64,000 nucleotides of DNA from Gammaproteobacteria bacterium (GTDB lineage Bacteria > Pseudomonadota > Gammaproteobacteria > Natronospirales > JAJUFS01): assembly GCA_036381715.1 (NCBI GenBank), contig DASVCH010000069.1, positions 2,208 through 66,207 of the forward strand, in the 5' to 3' direction. The notes under the pieces were generated by a model that was not told where the DNA came from, searched no databases, and saw only the letters and a program-made list of their open reading frames with translations. Below, in pieces: positions 28,007 through 35,735 of this stretch (its first letter is position 1; each line of letters begins with the position of its first letter). A program made the position numbers and the translations under genes.

Positions 28007-28618
28007 TCACGGCCGGAAGCTGCCGCGCGAAATGTCCTTCTTGATCTCCTTCTGGCCGATCCACACCTTGCGGTTGTCCGCCATGCTGATCAGCTCGAGA
28101 TCGACCTGGTAATAGACCACCTGGCGATCGCCTTCGGCGTCGACGATCGCGTTGATGTTGCCGGAGAGCATGTAGTCGGCGCCGAGTTCGCGGCCCATCT
28201 CGTTGCGCGTCGGCTCGCGGGCATGCACGTCCTGGTCGGCGCGCTCTTCACGCACCGCTTCACGCTCGACACGATTGGCGACGAAGTCCACGCGGCCCGA
28301 ATTGATCAGCGCGCGCTCGATGTCGTTGATGAACGTGCGCGTATTGATATGTTCATGCGTGAGGTTGTCGATGTCGCCGACGATCACCGCGGGACGGTTG
28401 CCTTCGTCGAGACGGTGTTGCTCGATCCACGGCCGCGCGAGCATGTCCGCGATCATCTCCTCGGAAACGAGGCGCGAATCGGTGTCGTTCCAGTGCCCGC
28501 TGAGATCGGTGGTGGAATCGGGATCGATGCGTTCGACCTTCGTCGACGCGCAACCGGCGAGGAGCGCCGCTGCAAGCAGGATGGCGAGATAACGGAACGT
28601 GCGGTGCGGCATCTTCAT
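28007..28618 (-). CDS. LpoB-like (COG3417) lipoprotein
   Basis: 203 aa. Lipobox LLAGC. The C-terminal domain pattern (VIVGDIDNLTHEHINTRTFINDIERALINSGRVDFV...GADYMLSGNI...YYQVDLELI...KVWIG) resembles penicillin-binding-protein activator LpoB. ATGA overlap with the upstream gene. Confidence 0.7.
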   Translation of the reverse strand: MKMPHRTFRYLAILLAAALLAGCASTKVERIDPDSTTDLSGHWNDTDSRLVSEEMIADMLARPWIEQHRLDEGNRPAVIVGDIDNLTHEHINTRTFINDIERALINSGRVDFVANRVEREAVREERADQDVHAREPTRNEMGRELGADYMLSGNINAIVDAEGDRQVVYYQVDLELISMADNRKVWIGQKEIKKDISRGSFRP

Positions 28619-29178
28619 TTCTCCTCCGCGAATTCGTCGAACAGGGTTTCGCCGTGCTCGGCGAGATGATTGCGCAGGCCGCCATGCATGTCGTTGGCGG
28701 AGCCGACCAGCTTCTTCACGCGATCGAGATCAAGCTCGGCGAGCGCGTAGATCGTGCCGGTTTCCGGATCGCGCCAGTGGCCGATGATTTCCGCGCCGCT
28801 CATGTTCAGCCGCGTCACGTTCTCGACCGAGCGCGAAATCGCCTGCTCGTCCATGACGTCGTCGCCCGTGCCCATCGTCGCGACGTAATCCTGCGACACG
28901 ACATTCATGAACGACGACAGCACGCGCGCCACTTCCGCGCGGGCGCGGTTGTCGGCGGAGGAAATCTGCAGGGACTGGCTGCTCATCTTCGGCGCCGAAC
29001 CCATGCCGTGGATCAGCCGGCCGTCATCGTTGTTCAGCGCCTGCGAGCCTTCGTTGACCCAGTCGGGCGCGTCCTCGATGCCAAGATCGCTTTCGATTTC
29101 CGTGCGGCCTCCCGCGCAGGCCGCAAGACCGGCGCCGAGCAGCACAAGGAACAACACATGCACAATGCGTGTTTTCAT
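28615..29178 (-). CDS. LPP20-like lipoprotein
   Basis: 187 aa. Lipobox GLAAC. Pattern APDWVNEG...GMGSA...ADNRARAEVARVL. First gene of the lipoprotein string. Confidence 0.6.
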   Translation of the reverse strand: MKTRIVHVLFLVLLGAGLAACAGGRTEIESDLGIEDAPDWVNEGSQALNNDDGRLIHGMGSAPKMSSQSLQISSADNRARAEVARVLSSFMNVVSQDYVATMGTGDDVMDEQAISRSVENVTRLNMSGAEIIGHWRDPETGTIYALAELDLDRVKKLVGSANDMHGGLRNHLAEHGETLFDEFAEEK

Positions 29179-29276
29179 GGATTTCTCCTCAGGAGCTTTG
29201 CCGGCGGGCGAAAGCGCCCGCCGTTAAAAATTATGTTGATTCGAGTTTACGCTGTCGCGGTCGCGCTGGCATCCGC

Positions 29277-29621
29277 TCAATCGGGCCCCCACAGGGCCTC
29301 GTCGAGCGCAATGTCGCGCCAGGCAAAGAATCGCGCCGGCACCCTGCCGCCCGGCAGTTCCACGCCCTCGCGCGCCAGCCGCCGGCGCTGCTCGGCGTGC
29401 GGTTCGGAGCCTTCGGGAAACGCAAGGCTTCCGTTCGATCGCAGGACGCGATGCCACGGCAACTTCAACGAGGACGGGGAATCGCGCAGCACCCGGCCGA
29501 CCAGCCGGGCGCGTCCGGGCAGGCCGGCCCGGCGTGCGACCTCGCCGTAGGCGGCGACGCGGCCGCGTGGAATGGCGCGAATGGCCCGGAAAATCGCCTG
29601 TTGTGCCTGCTCGGGTGTCAT
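29277..29621 (-). CDS. Alkyltransferase-like (ATL) protein, MGMT DNA-binding domain without the catalytic Cys
   Basis: 114 aa. YGEVARRAG...LPWHRVLRSNG: the PCHRV active-site Cys is replaced by Trp (PWHRV), as in ATL proteins. Confidence 0.8.
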   Translation of the reverse strand: MTPEQAQQAIFRAIRAIPRGRVAAYGEVARRAGLPGRARLVGRVLRDSPSSLKLPWHRVLRSNGSLAFPEGSEPHAEQRRRLAREGVELPGGRVPARFFAWRDIALDEALWGPD

Positions 29622-29645
29622 GGCGGAAGATTACCGCAGAAAAAC

Positions 29646-29665
29646 ATTCAACCCGATGGTTGAAT
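29646..29665. promoter_or_regulatory. Perfect 8-4-8 inverted repeat ATTCAACC-CGAT-GGTTGAAT, candidate ArsR-family operator
   Basis: Read directly. Lies in the 74-nt divergent region between the ATL gene and the ArsR gene. Confidence 0.55.
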
Positions 29666-29685
29666 CATGTCAGGCGCACCGCTAT

Positions 29686-29705
29686 ATTCAACCACATGGT
29701 TGAGC
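29686..29705. promoter_or_regulatory. Second, imperfect copy of the operator (ATTCAACC-ACAT-GGTTGAGC) overlapping the ArsR start codon
   Basis: Same half-site 40 nt downstream of the first. It covers the ATG at 29696. Confidence 0.45.
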
Positions 29706-30025
29706 AAAATTCCGGGCACCTCGACAAGGTCTTCCGCGCGCTGGCGGATCCCACCCGGCGCGCCATGCTGCGCGAACTCAGCGCACGCGAACTTAGCGTC
29801 AGCGAGCTCGCGGCGCCGCACGCGATGTCGCTGGCCGCGGCATCCAAGCACCTGAAAGTGCTGGAAAACGCCGGTCTCGTTGACCGGCGCATTGCCGGAC
29901 GCAGGCACCGCGTCCGGCTCGCGCCCGCGCGACTCGCCGAGGCGCACGAATGGCTGCACTTCTACGAACGCTTCTGGAACGAACGGCTCGACGCGCTGGC
30001 GCGCGCGTTGAAGGAACCCGAATGA
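29696..30025 (+). CDS. ArsR/SmtB-family transcriptional regulator
   Basis: ATG at 29696 inside ORF 29534..30025. Contains FRALADPTRRAMLRELSARELSVSELAAPHAMSLAAASKHLKVLENAGLV. Confidence 0.85.
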   Translation: MVEQNSGHLDKVFRALADPTRRAMLRELSARELSVSELAAPHAMSLAAASKHLKVLENAGLVDRRIAGRRHRVRLAPARLAEAHEWLHFYERFWNERLDALARALKEPE

Positions 30026-30035
30026 GGACATCGAC

Positions 30036-30599
30036 ATGAACGAGCACGGCGTCATCACCGAACCCGACACACTTGTCTTCCGGCGCACGCTGCCCGGCCC
30101 CATCGAAAGAGTCTGGGCGTATCTCACGGAATCCGAAAAACGCGCGACGTGGTTCGCGGGCGGAAAGACCGAACTGAAAGCGGGCGGCAAGGCGGAATTC
30201 CATTTCCTGCACAGGAACCTTTCATCCGAACCGACCCCGGAGCGCTTCAAGGACATGGAGAACGGCGTTTCCTTCCAGGGCCGCGTCACCGCCTGCGATC
30301 CGCCGCGGCTGCTCGCGTTCAGCTGGCCGGAATCCGATGGCGGCGACAATTCCGAAGTGACGTTCGAGCTGACGCCGCGAGGCGGCGAGGTGCTGCTCGT
30401 GCTCACGCATCGCCGGCTCACGCGCAAGGACATGCCCGGCACGGGCGCCGGCTGGCACGCGCATCTCGCCGTCCTGGAAGACGTGCTCGGCGGCCGGCCG
30501 CCGCGCGGTTTCTGGAGCGTGCATGAAAAAGCGGAAGCCGATTACGCGCGCATGATCGTGGAACAGGCGGAACAGGAAACACGGGGAGAAAACGGATGA
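30036..30599 (+). CDS. SRPBCC/AHSA1-domain protein
   Basis: 187 aa. Motifs RTLPGPIERVWAYLTE and LLAFSW. A typical partner of ArsR regulators. Confidence 0.8.
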   Translation: MNEHGVITEPDTLVFRRTLPGPIERVWAYLTESEKRATWFAGGKTELKAGGKAEFHFLHRNLSSEPTPERFKDMENGVSFQGRVTACDPPRLLAFSWPESDGGDNSEVTFELTPRGGEVLLVLTHRRLTRKDMPGTGAGWHAHLAVLEDVLGGRPPRGFWSVHEKAEADYARMIVEQAEQETRGENG

Positions 30600-31036
30600 C
30601 CGGAAAACCGCCCGTCGAAGTCCGCGTCGTGCAACGCTTCGACGCGTCACCGGAACGCGTCTTCGACGCCTGGCTCGATACCGCCATGCTCGGGCGCTGG
30701 ATGTTCGGACCGGGGGTTCGCGACGAAGAGATCGTGCGGCTTGCGCTCGACGCGCGCGTCGGCGAACGGTTTTCCTTCGTCGTGCGCCGTGACGGTGAGG
30801 AAATCGACCACGTCGGCGAATACCTGGAAATCGACCGCCCGCGGCGGCTCGCATTCACCTGGGGAATCGCCGGCGTGTCCGTCGACGAATCGCGCGTCAC
30901 CATCGACATCACACCGCACGACACCGGCACGGAACTCGTGCTTCGGCACGAACTCGATCCCGACTGGGCGGACTACGCCGATCGCACGCAGGCGGGTTGG
31001 ACCCACATGCTCGATGCGCTCGCCCGGGCGCTGTAA
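30596..31036 (+). CDS. SRPBCC/AHSA1-domain protein (second copy)
   Basis: 146 aa. Motifs RFDASPERVFDAWLD, YLEIDRPRRLAFTW and GWTHMLDAL. ATGA overlap with the previous gene. Confidence 0.8.
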   Translation: MTGKPPVEVRVVQRFDASPERVFDAWLDTAMLGRWMFGPGVRDEEIVRLALDARVGERFSFVVRRDGEEIDHVGEYLEIDRPRRLAFTWGIAGVSVDESRVTIDITPHDTGTELVLRHELDPDWADYADRTQAGWTHMLDALARAL

Positions 31037-32503
31037 TCAGTTCACGGCGCGCGAAGCAACCAGTGTTTGCGCGATCTGCCGGCGCCGGCGAAACGAATCG
31101 CGCAACAGCCAGGCAGCGACGAGCGACAGGCTGACGCTGACCCCCCACGCCGCGGGCGAATCGAACGCGGACGCGTTGCGCGCCGCGTGCACGAGCAACG
31201 CCACGATCAGCATCACGCCGGTCACGCCGCGAAACGCAAACGCCGCCGGAAACCGCTTTGCCAGGACGGAAAACGCGATGGCGGAAACCAGCGTCGTCCA
31301 GAACACGCCGACCAGCCAGCCGATCGACGCGATGCCTGACGACGCCAGCAGCATCACCAGCGCCATCGCCGCCGGCGTGCCCCAGATTGTCGCCGCCCAT
31401 GCGCGCTCCAGTGCGGGCGCCGCGCGCCCGCGCTGGCGGCGTTTCAGCAGCCAGATGTTGAAACCGCTGGCGATCATCACGCAGGCAAGGATCCCCAGCA
31501 CGCCGTACGCGAATTTCACCCACAGTCCGCCGAACGAGCCGAAATGCAGCGGGTACAGCGCAGCCGCGATCTGCTGGCCGGCGGGCCCGTCGGACAATCC
31601 CGTGTTGTCCGCGAGTTCGCCGTTTGCATTGAACGGATAGTAATCGCCGTAGATCAGGCGGCGCGGGTGCTGCGCGAGAATGTTCGCGCTCTGCCCCTTC
31701 GTCGCGGGATCGTGGAAACTGACGTACCACGGCACAAGACCGGGATACTGCGCGTCGAATGCGCGCAAGGCCGAATCGATGTCCGCGAGCGGCGCCGCGC
31801 TCTTGTCGCCCTCGACTTCCGCGCCGAAGATCGGCGCGTAAAAGCCTTCAACATCGTCCGGCGACAGCGTCACCGCGACCAGGCTCGCGAGCCCCAGCGC
31901 CGCGCCGGTGAACGCGACGACGAGATGAAACGGCGCGGCCCACACGCCAAGCCGGTTGTGCGTATCGGTTTCACGCAAGCGGTCCGTGCCCTTGCGGCGC
32001 AGCTTGAACGCATCGCGAAACAGTTTCGGATGCGAAAGCACGCCGGAAATCACCAGCGCCGTCATCAGCATGCCGAGAATGCCGACCAGCGTCAGCCCGA
32101 AGAAACCCGGCAGCGTGAGGTAGTAATGCAGCTCGGTCAGGAAATCCGTCCAGGGATGACTGACGGATGCAAGCAATTCACCGCCGGCGTTCGCATACCA
32201 GCCGGTTTCGTCCGCCGTCACCGTCATGCGCGGCATGCTTTCGACGGGCATGGCGATATCGAAATGATGCGGCTGATCGACGCGCTCAAGCGCGTTCCGC
32301 GCGGCGCGCTCGACGGACGCGGGTTTCGCTTCGGAAAATTCCGGCACCCCCGGCTGTTCCCAGCGCGCGAATTCCTCATGAAAGACCATGGCCGTGCCGC
32401 TCAGGCACAGCACGTACAGCAGCGCGCTTGCGGCAAGCCCGACAACGGTATGCCCGGACAGCATGCGTGCCACGAAACGCGGCGGCAGTTTCGACCACAT
32501 CAT
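31037..32503 (-). CDS. PepSY-associated TM-helix protein (PiuB-like, iron-regulated membrane protein)
   Basis: 488 aa. Opens RMLSGHTVVGLAASALLYVLCLSGTAMVFHEE, with several TM helices. Sits downstream of a TonB-dependent receptor. Confidence 0.8.
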   Translation of the reverse strand: MMWSKLPPRFVARMLSGHTVVGLAASALLYVLCLSGTAMVFHEEFARWEQPGVPEFSEAKPASVERAARNALERVDQPHHFDIAMPVESMPRMTVTADETGWYANAGGELLASVSHPWTDFLTELHYYLTLPGFFGLTLVGILGMLMTALVISGVLSHPKLFRDAFKLRRKGTDRLRETDTHNRLGVWAAPFHLVVAFTGAALGLASLVAVTLSPDDVEGFYAPIFGAEVEGDKSAAPLADIDSALRAFDAQYPGLVPWYVSFHDPATKGQSANILAQHPRRLIYGDYYPFNANGELADNTGLSDGPAGQQIAAALYPLHFGSFGGLWVKFAYGVLGILACVMIASGFNIWLLKRRQRGRAAPALERAWAATIWGTPAAMALVMLLASSGIASIGWLVGVFWTTLVSAIAFSVLAKRFPAAFAFRGVTGVMLIVALLVHAARNASAFDSPAAWGVSVSLSLVAAWLLRDSFRRRRQIAQTLVASRAVN

Positions 32504-33102
32504 GAAATCTCCGGCGCCAGCATCAGGCCGGCGACACTCACGAGCGCGACGCCTGCCATGACCAGCGAACGGCGGCGCAGCGGAACGTCATAGGTCGTCC
32601 AGATGGCGAGCAGCGCCCAGGCGAACGGCATCAGCAGCAAGGCGGCGGCAAGACGGTTCGCCGCCGAACCGGTTTCGACATTCCACCACGCGAACGCGGC
32701 CGCGGTGATCGAGAGCGCGATCGCGGCGGACACGGGACCGGCGAGCAGGAACACCCAGATTCGCCGCAGCAGCAGGCGCGCGCCGGATTGTTCATTGCCG
32801 TTTCCATTCGTGCGCGGCTCGCGCACCAAGCGCTTGCGCGAACCGTTGCCTTCCCGGCCGGCAAGCAGCACCAGCACGAACCCCGCGAGCATGAAAGCGA
32901 TGATGGCGAACGCAACGCCGCGATCCGCGCCGGACGCCGCGGTCCAGGGAACGAACGACAGCAGCAGCAGGGTCCACGCCGACAGCATGAACGCGAGACG
33001 CCGTTGCGGGCGACCTGCGCGGCGCGCGCGCCAGCCCTGCCGCAAAAGCAGGGCGGCGGCAATGGGCATTGCCGCCGCGATGACGAGAATCAACAGGTTC
33101 AT
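32500..33102 (-). CDS. Integral membrane protein of the receptor operon (DUF3325/DUF3649-like, tentative)
   Basis: 200 aa, mostly hydrophobic helices. ATGA overlap with the PepSY gene. Confidence 0.55.
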   Translation of the reverse strand: MNLLILVIAAAMPIAAALLLRQGWRARRAGRPQRRLAFMLSAWTLLLLSFVPWTAASGADRGVAFAIIAFMLAGFVLVLLAGREGNGSRKRLVREPRTNGNGNEQSGARLLLRRIWVFLLAGPVSAAIALSITAAAFAWWNVETGSAANRLAAALLLMPFAWALLAIWTTYDVPLRRRSLVMAGVALVSVAGLMLAPEIS

Positions 33103-33178
33103 GCGCTTGCTTCGCCTCCTGGTTGGCGATGTTGCAGGAGCGGTCTCCTGAACGGCCTCGCCAACCGCTCTTTCGCCT

Positions 33179-33263
33179 TCCTTCCCGGGCGCGGCGACCA
33201 GCCATCGGCCGCGGAGCGGCCTCCTACAAGATTTCGCGTATCTTGAAGTGCGAGGCTCGACCG
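33179..33263. repeat. REP-like element, copy 1 (core hairpin GGCCGC-GGA-GCGGCC at 33207..33221)
   Basis: Alignable over about 80 nt with 41546..41631 and 63037..63119 (...CGGGCGCG-N-ATCGGCCGCGGAGCGGCCTCCTACRAGATTTCGCGT...GCGAGGC.CGA.CG). Confidence 0.8.
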
Positions 33264-33312
33264 CTTTCGCCTTTCGCCTTTCGCCTTTCGCCTTTCGCCT
33301 TTCGCCTTTCGA
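33264..33312. repeat. Pyrimidine heptamer array: CTTTCGC x6, CTTTCGA x1
   Basis: Ends 2 nt before the TonB-receptor stop. Lies inside the receptor operon spacer. Confidence 0.9.
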
Positions 33313-33314
33313 GA

Positions 33315-35498
33315 TCAGTCGAACCGGTACGCCACCGTACCGACCACCGTCCGGCGTTCGCCCCAGAAACAGTCGCCGCGCGCAAGGCAGGTCGCAAGGT
33401 ATTCCTTGTCCGCGGCGTTGCGCACGTTCAGGCGAAAGTCCCAGTCGCGCATCTCGTAACCGATCATGAAGTCCGCAAGCGTATAGGACGGCGTGCGGAT
33501 GTCATCGGCGCCATCGAAACTTTCGCCGACGTAGCGTACGCCGAGACCCGTCTTGAATCCCGGCCAGAAATGCGGACGGTAACCCAGCCACGCGGACGCC
33601 TGGTTTTCCGGCACCGATGCAAACTGGAAACCGTTCGCATTTTCGGTGTCGAGCCTGCTCGCATTCACCTCGAGCGCGAAATCGCCGAACTGCGTTTTCG
33701 ATTCGACTTCGACGCCACGAATGTTCGCAATGCCTTCCTGCTGCGAGGGCGCGTCGGGAAGCGCGAACGGATTCGCGAGGTTCGACTGCTCGATGTCGAA
33801 CGCGGCCACGGTGATGAAGGTGTGCGACCCGATCGGCTGGAACTTGATGCCGATTTCCGTCTGCTCGCCTTCCTGCGGCTTGAGCGGTTCCTGGGTGACG
33901 TTGTCGACGCCGATCACCGGTTCGAAGGATTCCGCGTAGCTCACGTACGGCGCGATGCCGTTGTCGAACCAGTACAGCGCGCCGACGCTGGCGCTTACCG
34001 CGTCGTCTTCCTGCACGGCGGCACCCGTGTCGGTGCTCACGTCGTCGAAACGCACGCCGGCAGTGAAACGCCAGCTTTTCCAGGAAATCTGATCGTTGAT
34101 GTACAGGCCGGTGTCCTGCGTGTTCGCTTCCGGTCCATCGATGAAGAACTGGTCGAGAATGTCCTGCGACGGAAACGCGCCGTACTCGGGATCGAACAGG
34201 TTGATCCAGAACTGATCGCCGTAAACGGCGTCCGGCTGGCCGGTGGCAAGGTCGTATCCCAGCGCGTAGGCGTTCGCGAGATCGTTCTCGGTCGTCACGT
34301 CCTGGTATTGAAGGCCGATCATCAGCTCGTGGTCGAGTGCGCCGGTCGAGAACTCCGCGCGCAGGCGCGTGTCCATCGCAAGCTGTTCCGAGGTCGCGTC
34401 GCTGGCGTAGAACGTCCGCGGCACCATGCCGTCGCGATACAGCGAACCGTCAGCGTTGAAAACGTAGCGCGTGCCGCCGATGAACGCCGGCCACGCCTGG
34501 TTGTAGTCCGCCGCGCCGTCCGTCCAGCGCGCGGTCGCTTCGATCGACCAGGTCGCGTTGATCATGTGATCGGCGAGCAACGTCAGCGATTGGGTTTCGG
34601 TGTTGTAGTGATCGAACGCCGGGTCGCCGTAAAAGCTTTCGATATCGAGGAATTCGCCATTCGGTGCCGGATACAGGGTGCCGTAAAGGGGAACGAACTG
34701 CTCGCCGGTGGCGCCGCTGGATTCCTGGAAGTTCGCAAGCAGGGTGAGATTCGTGCGCGCGCTCGGGCTCCACGTCACCGACGGCGCGAACACCCAGGCG
34801 TCGTTCTCGACGAAATCCACCTGCGTGCCCGCGTCGCGATACACCGCGGTCACGCGGTACAGCAGGCTGCCGGATTCGTTCATCGCGCCGCCGAAATCCG
34901 TCGCCAGCTGCATGTGATCGAAGTTGCCGAGCTGCATCACGACTTCGGAACGCAGGTTCGCGCGCGGACGCTTGCTGACCACGTTCACCAGGCCGCCGGG
35001 CGAACCCTGCCCGTACAGCACGGACGCGGGACCTTTCAGGATCTCGACCTGCTCAAGCGTGTAAACGTGCGGGCGGGTGTTGTTGTAGTTGCCGAACAGC
35101 GCCTGCAGCGAGTCGCGGTATTCCGGCACGTCCAGGCCGCGCACTTTCACCCAGTCGCCGCGCGTCGCGAAACCGTAGGCCTCGCCGAACACGCCGGCGG
35201 AATACAGGTAGGCGTCGGCAAGCTCCAGCGCGCCGCGCGCTTCGAGCGTGTCGGCTGTCTCGATGGAGACCGAGCGTGCCGTTTCCATGATGGGCGTATC
35301 GGATTTCAGCGCCGAATAGCGCGACATCTCGCCGGTGACGGTGACCTCGGCGAGACGCGCGGCCTCCTCGTCCTGCCGGTTCGAAACGTCCTCCGCCGTT
35401 GCCGATTCCGGCGCCCGGGACTCCTCTTCTTCTGCCGCCGCGACCATCGTCGCGCCAAGTCCCATGAAAAGCGCCAGAAGCCATGTCCCGTACCGCAT
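33315..35498 (-). CDS. TonB-dependent siderophore receptor
   Basis: 727 aa. Signal peptide, plug-domain motifs (EVTVTGE..., IEILKGPASVLYGQGSPGGLVN) and a beta-barrel. A Fur-box-like palindrome lies 47 nt upstream. Confidence 0.9.
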   Translation of the reverse strand: MRYGTWLLALFMGLGATMVAAAEEEESRAPESATAEDVSNRQDEEAARLAEVTVTGEMSRYSALKSDTPIMETARSVSIETADTLEARGALELADAYLYSAGVFGEAYGFATRGDWVKVRGLDVPEYRDSLQALFGNYNNTRPHVYTLEQVEILKGPASVLYGQGSPGGLVNVVSKRPRANLRSEVVMQLGNFDHMQLATDFGGAMNESGSLLYRVTAVYRDAGTQVDFVENDAWVFAPSVTWSPSARTNLTLLANFQESSGATGEQFVPLYGTLYPAPNGEFLDIESFYGDPAFDHYNTETQSLTLLADHMINATWSIEATARWTDGAADYNQAWPAFIGGTRYVFNADGSLYRDGMVPRTFYASDATSEQLAMDTRLRAEFSTGALDHELMIGLQYQDVTTENDLANAYALGYDLATGQPDAVYGDQFWINLFDPEYGAFPSQDILDQFFIDGPEANTQDTGLYINDQISWKSWRFTAGVRFDDVSTDTGAAVQEDDAVSASVGALYWFDNGIAPYVSYAESFEPVIGVDNVTQEPLKPQEGEQTEIGIKFQPIGSHTFITVAAFDIEQSNLANPFALPDAPSQQEGIANIRGVEVESKTQFGDFALEVNASRLDTENANGFQFASVPENQASAWLGYRPHFWPGFKTGLGVRYVGESFDGADDIRTPSYTLADFMIGYEMRDWDFRLNVRNAADKEYLATCLARGDCFWGERRTVVGTVAYRFD

Positions 35499-35544
35499 TT
35501 GTTCGTCTCCCGTGAGTTGTTCGCTTGCAGCAGGCGCGGATATT

Positions 35545-35563
35545 AATAAGAATCATTCTTATT
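35545..35563. promoter_or_regulatory. Fur-box-like palindrome AATAAGAAT-C-ATTCTTATT
   Basis: Perfect 9-1-9 palindrome in an AT-rich patch 47 nt upstream of the TonB-dependent receptor start. By hand it matches the 19-bp Fur consensus GATAATGATAATCATTATC at about 12 of 19 positions. Confidence 0.55.
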
Positions 35564-35735
35564 ATCAATAAGGAAAAAGCAAGTGCGCAAGTTATGTAAA
35601 ATCGGGGAAACTTCCATTATGCTTTTACAGACGCCGGAAAATCTTTCCGGACAGTACGGAAAAGGATGTCCGGTCTCCCCTGATCCCTCGCCAACCATGA
35701 GTCCTGGACGTTCCCGTCAGTATCGGAGAGCAAGA

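Noticed and set aside
29203-29222. Hairpin GGCGGGCG-AAAG-CGCCCGCC between the ATL gene and the lipoprotein operon
   Set aside because: A plausible stem, but there is no U-tract on the relevant strand. It sits 25 nt upstream of the next start codon, and its function (terminator versus 5'-UTR structure) cannot be decided from sequence.
33179-33312. Autonomous mobile element (IS or transposon) associated with the REP-like and mosaic repeats
   Set aside because: I recognised no transposase, integrase or recombinase ORF anywhere in the window, and no terminal inverted repeats bracketing a coding cargo. At most these are non-autonomous elements.
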